NCBI GenBank assembly: GCA_020050435.1
Contig: JAGVKQ010000019.1
Coordinates: forward strand, 33,644-97,643
Length of the DNA stretch: 64,000 nt
Direction of reading: 5' to 3'
From: Candidatus Caenarcanales bacterium
GTDB taxonomy: Bacteria; Cyanobacteriota; Vampirovibrionia; 2-02-FULL-35-15
In this document: positions 18,854 to 27,965 of the stretch, one piece after another
Layout: each line of letters opens with the position of its first letter
Position numbering within the stretch: the stretch's first letter is position 1
Program-made: the position numbers and the translations under genes
Notes under the pieces: generated by a model
Told to the model about the DNA's origin: nothing
Database searches by the model: none
Seen by the model: only the letters and a program-made list of their open reading frames with translations

Positions 18854-19993
18854 ATGACTGACTTGTCTAACATGAAAGAATCGGCTGAAGAAAAAAAGCT
18901 TAACATTGTTCCTTCAATTAATGGTTTGAAATCTTTATCTGAGGAAACTTGGCAATTTGCTAAAGCAAAAAAACTGGCAGATTTAGAAAGCTTATTTGAT
19001 AACTTAGGTGAAGGTATTGTTGCCTTTAGTTTGGATTTAAACGTCACAGATTCAAATAAAGTAGGAAAGCATATAATAGAAAACTTTATAAATTTTTATT
19101 ATGATGGAAAAAACTATAAATTAAAGGATCTTTTAATAATCCAAGAAGTTTTTATAAAAAATACTAACTCATTAGCTTTAATGGAAACAGCTTCTTATAA
19201 TCTTTTTGGAGAAAAACATATATTTAATATTAGTGCTTCACCAATATTTTCTGAAGCGCATGTTCTTACTGGAGCCTGCTTAATTCTTAATGATATAACA
19301 GAGTCTAAAAAACATACAAAAGAGTTGGAAGATCTAATTAGTGGATTAACGCATGATTTAAAAACTCCATTGATAGCTGCTGAAATAAACTTTATTCATT
19401 TGATAAATGAAGACTTTGGGAAAATATCAAAAGAGCAATTAGAAATTTTGACTTTATTAAATCAGAATAATACTGATGCACTAAGATTTGTGAAAAATTT
19501 ACTTGCTGTTTTTAAATATGAAGCAAAGGTGCAAAAAATAATACTTGAACCAGTTGAACTATCAGAGCTTTTTAAGCAAGTAAATAGTTCTATTAAATCA
19601 ATGCTTGAAGAGAAAAAGATTGATTTAATAGTTTCAACTTCAAACTTTCAATTTATTTGTGATCCATTTGAAATTGGCAGGGTTTTAGTGAATGTACTTA
19701 CAAATGCAATTAGTGCTACTCTTAAAGGTGGACGGATTGAACTTACAGCAGTAAAAAATGAAGAAGGAGCTGTAATTTTTACAATTGAAGATTTTGGAAA
19801 TGGTATATCTGAGGAAGATTTGCCAAACCTTTTTAAAAGATTTTGGCAATCATCAAGGTCACCAAATAGTAGTGGATTAGGTTTACATCTATGCAAACAT
19901 ATTTTAGCAGCCCATGGGGGTAAGATAAGGGCTGAAAGTAAACTGGGGAAATGGACAAGGATAACATTTGAAATCCCTGATCTTATTGCTTAA
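18854..19993 (+). CDS. Cytoplasmic PAS-like histidine kinase
   Basis: THDLKTPL, NVLTNA, DFGNGI, SGLGL. Confidence 0.88.
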   Translation: MTDLSNMKESAEEKKLNIVPSINGLKSLSEETWQFAKAKKLADLESLFDNLGEGIVAFSLDLNVTDSNKVGKHIIENFINFYYDGKNYKLKDLLIIQEVFIKNTNSLALMETASYNLFGEKHIFNISASPIFSEAHVLTGACLILNDITESKKHTKELEDLISGLTHDLKTPLIAAEINFIHLINEDFGKISKEQLEILTLLNQNNTDALRFVKNLLAVFKYEAKVQKIILEPVELSELFKQVNSSIKSMLEEKKIDLIVSTSNFQFICDPFEIGRVLVNVLTNAISATLKGGRIELTAVKNEEGAVIFTIEDFGNGISEEDLPNLFKRFWQSSRSPNSSGLGLHLCKHILAAHGGKIRAESKLGKWTRITFEIPDLIA

Positions 19994-20012
19994 AAATTAA
20001 CTGTAAATTACC

Positions 20013-20747
20013 ATGACAGAAAACCAACAAAAGAAAATTAGACTTATGCTCGTGGAAGACCATATCTTAATTAGAATTGGTATGAAATTGTCTCTTGAAA
20101 AACTTGAAAACATTGAAGTTATTGCTGAGACCTCAAATGGTAGAGAAGCCATTGACCTTGCTAGAGAAAAAAATCCAGATGTAATAATTATGGATATTGG
20201 TTTAATTGAATTAGATGGCATTGAAGCTACAAAAAAAATTAAGGAAACTAATCCAAATATAAAAATAGTAATGTTAACAGTTCATGAATCAGAGAAAGAA
20301 ATTTTAGCTAGCTTAACTAGCGGTGCCGATGGCTACTGTTTGAAAGACATCTCTCCAGAGCAATTATATATAGCAATAAAATCAGTTAATGCTGGAGAGA
20401 TTTGGCTTGCAAAAGAAGTGGCAGAAAAAGTTTTAAGAAATCTTTATGGTAAAGACTTAAGCGATATTAAAAAAGTTGATTTTGCTAATAAAGTCACTGA
20501 AACTAAAAATGAAATGGCTATAAAAAAGCCATATGAAAGAACATCAGTAACCCAATTGTCTGACAGAGAACTGGACGTTTTAAAGCTAATTGTTGACGGT
20601 AAAAGCAATCAAGAAATTGCAGGAAAACTTTTCATTACTTTAGCTACTGTAAAAACCCATGTTAGGAGTATCTTAACTAAGTTAAGTGTTGATGATAGAA
20701 CTCAGGCTGCAGTAAAGGGAATGAGAGAAGGATTAGTTTCATTTTAG
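20013..20747 (+). CDS. NarL/FixJ (LuxR-HTH) response regulator
   Basis: VEDH, MDIGL, GYCLKD; LSDRELDVLKLIVDGKSNQEIA...TVKTHV...DDRTQAA. Confidence 0.93.
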   Translation: MTENQQKKIRLMLVEDHILIRIGMKLSLEKLENIEVIAETSNGREAIDLAREKNPDVIIMDIGLIELDGIEATKKIKETNPNIKIVMLTVHESEKEILASLTSGADGYCLKDISPEQLYIAIKSVNAGEIWLAKEVAEKVLRNLYGKDLSDIKKVDFANKVTETKNEMAIKKPYERTSVTQLSDRELDVLKLIVDGKSNQEIAGKLFITLATVKTHVRSILTKLSVDDRTQAAVKGMREGLVSF

Positions 20748-20765
20748 CCAGTCTTGCAGATATAA

Positions 20766-20821
20766 ATCATCCTTTTGGTTACCAAGAGTAGGGGGTTTTT
20801 TCAAGAAGAATTTGCTAGTCT
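20766..20821 (+). promoter_or_regulatory. Box 20766-20782 with extended -10 (TGcTAGTCT) at +50; leaderless start at 20827
   Basis: ATCATCCTTTTGGTTAC; -10 at 20816-20821; ATG 5 nt later, no SD. Confidence 0.65.
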
Positions 20822-20826
20822 AGATC

Positions 20827-22332
20827 ATGAGAATTTTTACACTGGTTTTAATAAATCTAAGTTTGTTAATTTTGACTTGTAATATAGCAAATAGTGAAGA
20901 TTTAGCCATTCTTTTTAAGCAACAGATAGAAGAACGTATTGATGTAAGAGATCCAGAGTTAAAACAAATTTCTGATTTTACTTTTGATGAGCTTAAAGAA
21001 TTAAGTCAAACAGCTACACCTAAAGCAGATCTTCAAGCTAAATTAGATAATCATTTATCAATGGTCTATCTCGTAGAGCGCAATAACAGCCATAAATTGG
21101 ATAAACCATATCTTCGAATAGCACACTGGAATGTTGAAAGAGGACTTAATGTTGAAGATATTAAGGAAATTCTTATTAATCAACATGATTATGAAAATAA
21201 ACATATTTCAAATGTAAAACCTAGACTCAGGAAGAATTTTAAAGAAGAATTAAATACTTTTGCAAACACTGACATCCTTTGTTTAAATGAAATAGATATT
21301 GGAATGCCTCGTACAAAATATAAAAATATTGTCTCGGAATTGGGCGATACTCTTAATTGGGACTATGCTTATGCCACTGAATTTGTAGAAGTTGGACCTT
21401 TATTTCAAAATAAATTAGTTGATAAAGCCCTTTATAAAGGTTTGCATGGAAATGCAATAATCTCAAAATATCCAATAATTTCTACTAAGGTGATTAGAAT
21501 ACCTAATGAATATGACTGGTATAGAGCTGAAGCCGTTAAGCGTCAATCCCCTCTTGAACATGTGAGGCATTTTGGTGCAATGGCAATTTTCAGTGAAAAA
21601 ATTGAATATAAAGAAGTGAGGCATGGAAGTAGGAATGCATTAATTGCTGATATTCAACTTCCAGATGGTCAAATAATTACAGTAGTTTCTACACACTTAG
21701 AAGACAGAGCTTATGCTGATAAAAGGCTTAAACAATTTAAATATCTTTTAGAAAATCTAAAAGATAAAAAAACTCCTGTAATTCTAGCTGGGGATTTAAA
21801 TACCTCTACTACTGAGACCATACCTACATCTTTAAAGAAAGAAGTTGTAAAAAGAATTAGAGATCCACATTTTGTTTTAAGAGCGGCTGCTACTCCATTT
21901 ATCCCTGGATTGCCGATAGCATGTGCATTGGCTTCTGTTCCAATTAGTAAGCTCCTTGCATATAAAGATCCTTTTTTCCCTAGCATCCCCATAGTATTTC
22001 CAAACCATGAAAGACGATTTTATGCTTCCTTAAAGAAATTTAAATTTAATGATGGAAATACTTTTGATTTAAGTGGAGATAAAGAAAAAAGCTCAAATAG
22101 AAGAGGGGGGCTTCTTGCAAACTCTAATCAAAGACACTGGAAAGGATTTAAAAGCACTTTTAAATTGAAAGAACCTAGATTAATTGCATACTTTAAACTA
22201 GATTGGTTTTTTGTAAAACCAGTAGGAGAACACTTTATGCCTTTTAATGGAAAAACATTAAAAACTTTAAACTATTCTTCAATAGGTCATATTTCTGATC
22301 ATAATCCTATAACTGTAGATTTAACTCTTTAG
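20827..22332 (+). CDS. Secreted endonuclease/exonuclease/phosphatase-family protein
   Basis: HWNVERG, LNEID, HGNAIISKYP, STHLE, AGDLN, KLDWFF, SDHNPI. Confidence 0.88.
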   Translation: MRIFTLVLINLSLLILTCNIANSEDLAILFKQQIEERIDVRDPELKQISDFTFDELKELSQTATPKADLQAKLDNHLSMVYLVERNNSHKLDKPYLRIAHWNVERGLNVEDIKEILINQHDYENKHISNVKPRLRKNFKEELNTFANTDILCLNEIDIGMPRTKYKNIVSELGDTLNWDYAYATEFVEVGPLFQNKLVDKALYKGLHGNAIISKYPIISTKVIRIPNEYDWYRAEAVKRQSPLEHVRHFGAMAIFSEKIEYKEVRHGSRNALIADIQLPDGQIITVVSTHLEDRAYADKRLKQFKYLLENLKDKKTPVILAGDLNTSTTETIPTSLKKEVVKRIRDPHFVLRAAATPFIPGLPIACALASVPISKLLAYKDPFFPSIPIVFPNHERRFYASLKKFKFNDGNTFDLSGDKEKSSNRRGGLLANSNQRHWKGFKSTFKLKEPRLIAYFKLDWFFVKPVGEHFMPFNGKTLKTLNYSSIGHISDHNPITVDLTL

Positions 22333-22357
22333 ACTAGAAAATATTGAAATAACTATA

Positions 22358-23920
22358 ATGAATAAAAATACAGAAGATATTAAAAATACAGAACGAACAA
22401 ACATTGAAGTTGTTCAACGGGAAGCATTAACACTTGCAGAAAGTATTATAAGCACAGTTAGGGAGCCGCTTATAGTTTTAGATGCTAATTTAAAAATTCA
22501 AAATGTAAATAAATCTTTTTACGATACCTTTAAGGTACATGAAAAAGAAACAATAGGAACCTTGATTTATGATTTAGGAAACAAGCAATGGGATATACCT
22601 AAACTTAGAGAATTATTAGATGAAGTTCTAACAAAAAAACAAGATTTTATGAATTATGAAATGGAGCATGATTTCCAGCAAATTGGACAAAAATCAATGC
22701 TATTAAATGCAAAAAGAATATTTAGAAAAGATATAGGAACTGAGACTATTCTTCTTGCTATTGAAGATATTACTGAGCGTAAAAATGTTGAAGTTATCCA
22801 ACAAGAAGCATTAACGTTTGCAGAAAGTATTATAAGCACTGTTAGAGAACCACTCATAGTTTTAGATGCTAATTTAAAAATTCAAAATGTAAATAAATCT
22901 TTTTACGATACCTTTAATGTAAATGAAAAAGAAACAATAGGAACCTTAATTTACGATTTAGGAAATAAACAATGGGACATACCTAAACTAAGAGAATTAT
23001 TAGATGAAGTTTTAACAAAAAAACAAGATTTTATGAATTATGAGATGGAGCATAATTTCCAGCAAATTGGACAAAAATCAATGCTATTAAATGCAAAAAG
23101 AATATTTAGAAAAGATATAGGAACTGAGACTATTCTTCTTGCCATTGAAGACATTACTGAGCGTAAAAAGGCAGAAGAAGAAATTAAGCAGTATTCTTTT
23201 GAACTAGAGCGCTCAAATACTGAGCTAGAATACTTTGCATATGTAGCATCTCATGACTTACAAGAGCCTCTAAGAATGGTAGCGGGTTACACTCAGCTTC
23301 TGGAAAAAAAATATAAAGATCAATTAGATGATAATGCAAAAAAATATATTAATTTTGCTGTTGATGGAGCAGTTAGAATGCAAGCTTTAATTAATGATTT
23401 ACTTGACTATTCACGAGTTGGTGCAAAGAAAAAAGAAATTACAAAGATAAATTGTATAAGTGTAATAAATAGAATCTTAACAAATATGAAAGATGTAATA
23501 ACTACATCAAATGCACAAGTTAAGTTTAATAAATTCCCTGAAATATATGGAGATGAAGTGCAAATTGAAAGATTGTTTCAGAACTTAATAAGCAATTCAA
23601 TTAAGTTCCACTCTGATAAATCACCCATAATAGAAATTGAAGCAAAGGGAAAGGACAATAACTCATGCTTGTTTTCATTTAAAGATAATGGAATTGGATT
23701 TGAGAAAGAATTTAGTGAGAAAATCTTTCAAATATTTCAACGATTACATACAAAACAAAAGTATACTGGAACTGGAATAGGGCTTGCTGTTTGTAAAAAA
23801 ATAGTTGAAATACATGGCGGGCAAATTTGGGTAGACTCAGCAATTGGTGAAGGAAGCACTTTTTATTTTACCCTACCCATGACTCATAGAATCCATATTG
23901 GATACAAAACAACTAAATAA
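22358..23920 (+). CDS. Cytoplasmic histidine kinase with two nearly identical PAS domains
   Basis: Tandem 128-aa PAS repeat; SHDLQEPLR; DNGIGF; GTGIGL. Confidence 0.92.
   Translation: MNKNTEDIKNTERTNIEVVQREALTLAESIISTVREPLIVLDANLKIQNVNKSFYDTFKVHEKETIGTLIYDLGNKQWDIPKLRELLDEVLTKKQDFMNYEMEHDFQQIGQKSMLLNAKRIFRKDIGTETILLAIEDITERKNVEVIQQEALTFAESIISTVREPLIVLDANLKIQNVNKSFYDTFNVNEKETIGTLIYDLGNKQWDIPKLRELLDEVLTKKQDFMNYEMEHNFQQIGQKSMLLNAKRIFRKDIGTETILLAIEDITERKKAEEEIKQYSFELERSNTELEYFAYVASHDLQEPLRMVAGYTQLLEKKYKDQLDDNAKKYINFAVDGAVRMQALINDLLDYSRVGAKKKEITKINCISVINRILTNMKDVITTSNAQVKFNKFPEIYGDEVQIERLFQNLISNSIKFHSDKSPIIEIEAKGKDNNSCLFSFKDNGIGFEKEFSEKIFQIFQRLHTKQKYTGTGIGLAVCKKIVEIHGGQIWVDSAIGEGSTFYFTLPMTHRIHIGYKTTK
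22404..23169 (+). repeat. Tandem 384-bp intragenic duplication
   Basis: 22404-22787 matches 22788-23169 with few substitutions. Confidence 0.9.
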
Positions 23921-23949
23921 GTTTAAAAAAGTAAAAGAGTGAGAAAATT

Positions 23950-24408
23950 ATGACAAATAACAATATAAACAGTGAACCAATAGAAATACTTCTTGTTGAA
24001 GACAATCCTGGTGATGCTGAATTAACAGTAGAGGCTTTTAAAGAAGCCAAAGTGAACAATAATATTTACATTGTCGAAGACGGCAAAGAAGCCATTGCAT
24101 TTTTAAATAAAGAAGGGAAGTACAATTTATCAGTTACGCCAGATATCATTCTCCTTGATTTAAATTTGCCAAAAATGGGTGGACTGGAAGTTCTTTCTAT
24201 AATTAAAGAGGACGATAATTTAAAACATATTCCTGTTGTCGTGCTGACCACCTCAAGCTCAGACCAAGATATTTTAAAGAGCTATAAACTTCATGCAAAT
24301 TGTTATATAACTAAACCTGTTAAATTAGATAACTTTATTGAAGCTATTCAGAAACTAGACAGTTTTTGGTTAAGCTTTGTTAAGTTGCCTGTGGGGATAA
24401 AAATTTAA
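23950..24408 (+). CDS. Single-domain response regulator (Rcp1-like)
   Basis: EILLVEDNPGD, LLDLNLPKMGG, ANCYITKPV, FWL. Confidence 0.92.
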   Translation: MTNNNINSEPIEILLVEDNPGDAELTVEAFKEAKVNNNIYIVEDGKEAIAFLNKEGKYNLSVTPDIILLDLNLPKMGGLEVLSIIKEDDNLKHIPVVVLTTSSSDQDILKSYKLHANCYITKPVKLDNFIEAIQKLDSFWLSFVKLPVGIKI

Positions 24409-24411
24409 TAT

Positions 24412-24999
24412 ATGAATGAAGTAATTAAAATTTTATTAGTCGAAGATAACCTGGGTGATGCAGGGTTAATCCAAGAAAGCTTGGCAGAAAAAGCTGCATT
24501 ATTTGAAATTACGCATGTTGATAGACTTTCTGAAGCTATCAAGCTTCTTGAGGGAAATAATTTTGATCTAGTTTTATTAGATCTTTCACTTCCAGATAGT
24601 AGTGGAATTGATACATTTAGAAAAGTACAGTTAAAAATTCCAAATCTCCCAATTATCTTATTAACAGGACTTGATGATGAAGTATTGGCTCTTAAATTGA
24701 TTAAAGAGGGTGCTCAAGATTATTTAGTAAAAGGACAAATAAATAGTAAAGTTCTCATTAAATCTATTTGTTATGCATTTGAAAGACACAATAAAAATAG
24801 TGAAAAAGCTCAAAGAAAAGATGAGATCGTAAAAAGTGAGGAAACCGAGCATGCAGTTAGTGAAATTGAAAAATCAATTTTAACACTTATAGCAGAAGGC
24901 ATGTCTAATGAGAAAATTGCAGAGAAGTTACACTTAAGTCTTTCTACAATTAGAAGCCATATGGGTGTAGTAATTACAAAGCTGTATGTTTCTAACTGA
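24412..24999 (+). CDS. Response regulator with C-terminally clipped LuxR HTH
   Basis: REC domain; SEIEKSILTLIAEGMSNEKIA...TIRSH...KLYVSN then stop. Confidence 0.8.
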   Translation: MNEVIKILLVEDNLGDAGLIQESLAEKAALFEITHVDRLSEAIKLLEGNNFDLVLLDLSLPDSSGIDTFRKVQLKIPNLPIILLTGLDDEVLALKLIKEGAQDYLVKGQINSKVLIKSICYAFERHNKNSEKAQRKDEIVKSEETEHAVSEIEKSILTLIAEGMSNEKIAEKLHLSLSTIRSHMGVVITKLYVSN

Positions 25000-25012
25000 T
25001 CTTAAATAGTTT

Positions 25013-25237
25013 TTATACTTTCTTTGTACTACTCATGATAAGTAAAATTACTCCACTAGCTAATGCAATTGTTCCAAAAGCTGGTAGTAGTGGTACTTCT
25101 TTTGTTTTCTCACTTGTTATTTCCAGTGGTCCTAAATCTAGGACTTTTTCTTTTGATGTATAAGTAATTCCTTGATAAGCAAATGCTAGGATTCCCATAG
25201 AAATTAGCACGATTATAAGTATGGTATTTTGTTTCAT
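25013..25237 (-). CDS. DUF3185-like small membrane protein
   Basis: GILAFAYQGITYT.KEKVLDLGPLEIT.EKTK.VPL.P..G...L..G. Confidence 0.8.
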   Translation of the reverse strand: MKQNTILIIVLISMGILAFAYQGITYTSKEKVLDLGPLEITSEKTKEVPLLPAFGTIALASGVILLIMSSTKKV

Positions 25238-25243
25238 CTGCTA

Positions 25244-25340
25244 AGTTTAGCTTTATTGGTTTGGAAAAGATATTGAACTAAAGGATGATCCTTTTGGTTA
25301 TCTTTGGGAGGAATCGCATCGTATGCAAAAGATGTATTCT
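25244..25340. promoter_or_regulatory. Overlapping divergent boxes 25273-25289 (minus, -10 TAAACT at 40) and 25285-25301 (plus, -10 TATTCT at 50)
   Basis: Both box sub-types fused on a shared ATGAT. Confidence 0.72.
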
Positions 25341-25364
25341 TAAATCCAGGAATTAGCCAAAAAA

Positions 25365-25703
25365 ATGAAATGGGGAAATATGACACAACTAGAATACATG
25401 GAAGAGTTATTAACAGAAAGTGCTAATGTGGGAAAATGTGAAGAATTGCTCTCAAATGCATGTAATTGTTTGGATAACTACGATTCAGAAACTGCATTTA
25501 ATGAAATCAATAGAGCAATTGCTATTTTAAAATTAGATGTTAGAACTACTTGTTCTAAAGAAAGAAGAAATCTTCTTAAAGACTCTACTGAAACATTACA
25601 AATGCTTACACATGAGATGAAGCTAGGAAATAGAAATCAAGAAATAAGTCTCAGTGCATCATTAACAAGAGTTCACAAAACCATTATGCAATGTAATTGG
25701 TGA
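25365..25703 (+). CDS. YfdX-like helical protein without signal peptide (paralog of 11145-11591)
   Basis: EELLSNACNCLDNYD...EINRAIAILKLD...LLKDSTETL aligns by eye with EEYSNEASENFLNND...ETRKALALVKKD...LLNKSSEEL. Confidence 0.55.
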   Translation: MKWGNMTQLEYMEELLTESANVGKCEELLSNACNCLDNYDSETAFNEINRAIAILKLDVRTTCSKERRNLLKDSTETLQMLTHEMKLGNRNQEISLSASLTRVHKTIMQCNW

Positions 25704-25735
25704 AAACTTCCTGTAGATTTATTAGGAGCTAATAA

Positions 25736-26179
25736 GTGAATAGAGAAATCAAGTTTAGATCTTGGGTATTAAGATCTTCTGATAAAGATGAAAAAGGTAA
25801 TCCAAAAGGCCGTATGAATTATGATTTTTATCTAAATTCTGATGGGAAAACTCAATCTGTTACTTTTGATGAAGATGAAAGTGATTTTTTGAATGAAATA
25901 GCTCTTATGCAGTATACAGGCTTCAAAGATAAAAACGGAAAAGAAATCTATGAAGGAGATATTCTAGAATCCAAACATGGACTTGAGAAAGTCATATTTC
26001 GAGATGGTGGATTTTATCCTTTTATAAAGGTTGTATGGCAGTTCGCCTCTGATTCAACTGCAATCACAGTTTTAGGAAATATTTGTGAATCGCCAACATT
26101 AATAAATAACCAAACCATAGTTAAAACGCAGGACGCTTCTCAAATAGCTGATTTAGAAGCTGAGGCATTTAGCGTATAA
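25736..26179 (+). CDS. YopX-family protein
   Basis: REIKFRSW...LMQYTGFKDKNGKEIYEGDIL...VLGNICE. Confidence 0.88.
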   Translation: MNREIKFRSWVLRSSDKDEKGNPKGRMNYDFYLNSDGKTQSVTFDEDESDFLNEIALMQYTGFKDKNGKEIYEGDILESKHGLEKVIFRDGGFYPFIKVVWQFASDSTAITVLGNICESPTLINNQTIVKTQDASQIADLEAEAFSV

Positions 26180-26227
26180 TATTTATTTACAAGAGCTATT
26201 GTTACTTGATTGTTGGGAGAAATTATT

Positions 26228-26389
26228 ATGCTATTTAAAGAATGGTTTAAGAAAAATTTTTCTAACAATCGTGCAAACAATGAAAGAATAGAGCAACTGA
26301 TAAAAGAGTCCAAAGTTAAAGCTGCTGAGCTGGCTGTTTGTGAAGAAGCTGAAGCTATAAGTCTTAAAGAAACAGCAACAGAACATTAA
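26228..26389 (+). CDS. Small hypothetical protein (53 aa, absent from ORF track)
   Basis: GGGAG RBS; MLFKEWFKKNFSNNRANNERIEQLIKESKVKAAELAVCEEAEAISLKETATEH. Confidence 0.5.
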   Translation: MLFKEWFKKNFSNNRANNERIEQLIKESKVKAAELAVCEEAEAISLKETATEH

Positions 26390-26422
26390 ATTAAAGAAAG
26401 TTTAAATAGAATCAAAGAGTAT

Positions 26423-26704
26423 CTAACTCCAGTATTGAATAGAAAAATGAGGTTCTCTACGTGTATTAGCTAAGACTACTCCAATAGTTTTTCCTTGTAA
26501 CTTAGTCCCATTTAAAGCTTTTATTGCATGGCAAGCGTCCTTATGATTAAACATATTTATAAATGCAAAACCATTAGGCATATGTGTAAATTTTTCTTTT
26601 ATAAGTTTTGCAAATACAGTCTTGCTGAAGTGTCCAAATAAAATATCTAAGTCTTGCTTCAGTGTTATAACAGCTAAATTACTAATATATAATCGTGTTG
26701 TCAT
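26423..26704 (-). CDS. RRM (RNP-1) RNA-binding protein, divergent
   Basis: RLYISNL (RNP2), NGFAFINM (RNP1), AIKALNGTKLQGK. Confidence 0.8.
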   Translation of the reverse strand: MTTRLYISNLAVITLKQDLDILFGHFSKTVFAKLIKEKFTHMPNGFAFINMFNHKDACHAIKALNGTKLQGKTIGVVLANTRREPHFSIQYWS

Positions 26705-27012
26705 TTTTATTTCCTCTTTAAATAGTGCTAGCAGCTATATAAAAAATATGATTTACTTGCTAGTCTTCTTAAGTTAAATAATGCTTGTTTATGAATCTAG
26801 TGTACTCTTCTATAAATAAGCTTCTATTAATGACATGCCCTTATTTATAATCTTTCCACAATAAGTTTTGTAATTATAATTACTCCTTGAAAAGCTCATG
26901 AATACTAGCACTTATGAAAATATTTATCTAAAGTAGTAATCATAAATGATTAGTAGCTTACTCTTTACTAAATAAGATTTGATTTGATAAACTAATAAAA
27001 AAAGGAAAAACC

Positions 27013-27408
27013 ATGATTAGACTTGATCATATTGTATTAAATGTTGAGAATGTAGATAAAATACTAGACTTTTATATAAATGTTTTAGGTCTTGAGCCTG
27101 AACGTCTTGAAGAATTCAGACAAGGAAAAGTAAAATTCCCATCAGTAAGAATTAATGCTGATACGATAATTGATTTATTCCCAAAAGGTCCAAAACCTCC
27201 TGGTAATGTGCCTTCCCATGTTGATCTTAATCATTTTTGTTTAGTAATAGAAAAGAACGATATGGCAGGATTTATTGAACACATAAAAAAGCATAATGTT
27301 GTAATTGAAGATGGACCTGGTGAGCAGTGGGGCTCTCATGGCATTGGCATGTCTATTTACTTTCGTGATCCTGAGAATCGTCAGATAGAAGTCCGTTATT
27401 ATGATTAA
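27013..27408 (+). CDS. VOC/glyoxalase-family protein
   Basis: LDHIVLNV, FPSVRINADTIIDLF, SIYFRDPE..QIE. Confidence 0.88.
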   Translation: MIRLDHIVLNVENVDKILDFYINVLGLEPERLEEFRQGKVKFPSVRINADTIIDLFPKGPKPPGNVPSHVDLNHFCLVIEKNDMAGFIEHIKKHNVVIEDGPGEQWGSHGIGMSIYFRDPENRQIEVRYYD

Positions 27409-27412
27409 ACTC

Positions 27413-27965
27413 ATGAAAAAAAGTAGATGTCCATGGTCAGGTGAAAAAGATTTTTATATTGAATACCATGATACTGAGTGGGGAGTACCATCATAATGAT
27501 AGATTGCACTTTGAAATGCTTTGCCTGGAAGGTGCTCAGGCAGGTTTGAGCTGGGAAACCGTTTTAAAAAAGAGAAGTAATTATAAAAAACTATTTGCTG
27601 ATTTTGATCCTGTAAAAGTATCTAAGTTTACTGATGAAAAACTAGAAAAAATACTATTAGATCCGGGAATTATTCGAAATAGATTAAAAGTGTTTTCTGT
27701 TCGTCAAAATGCAATAGCATTTTTAAAAATCCAGAAAGAGTATAAAAGCTTTGATAAATATATTTGGGGATTTGTGAATCATAAGTCTATAAAAAATAAG
27801 CGAAAAAATTTAAAAGAAGTGCCAACTAATACAAAAGAGAGTGATTTGATCTCAAGTGATCTTAAGAAAAGAGGGATGAAGTTTATCGGAAGTACTATAA
27901 TTTATGCTTATATGCAGGCTGTCGGGCTAGTAAATGATCATATAACGTCTTGTTTTAAATACTAA
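27413..27965 (+). pseudogene. tag: DNA-3-methyladenine glycosylase I with a frameshift near 27491
   Basis: Frame from ATG 27413 gives MKKSRCPW...YHDTEWGVPS* (stop 27494-96); the rest (HNDRLHFEMLCLEGAQAGLSW...NDH..SC) is in another frame. Confidence 0.85.

Noticed and set aside
25736-26179. Prophage
   Set aside because: YopX is the only phage-type gene; no integrase, structural or lysis genes
26760-26890. Possible decayed second RRM gene on minus strand (AAGGAG then ITKLIVERL*)
   Set aside because: No valid start codon and only about 9 codons of resemblance
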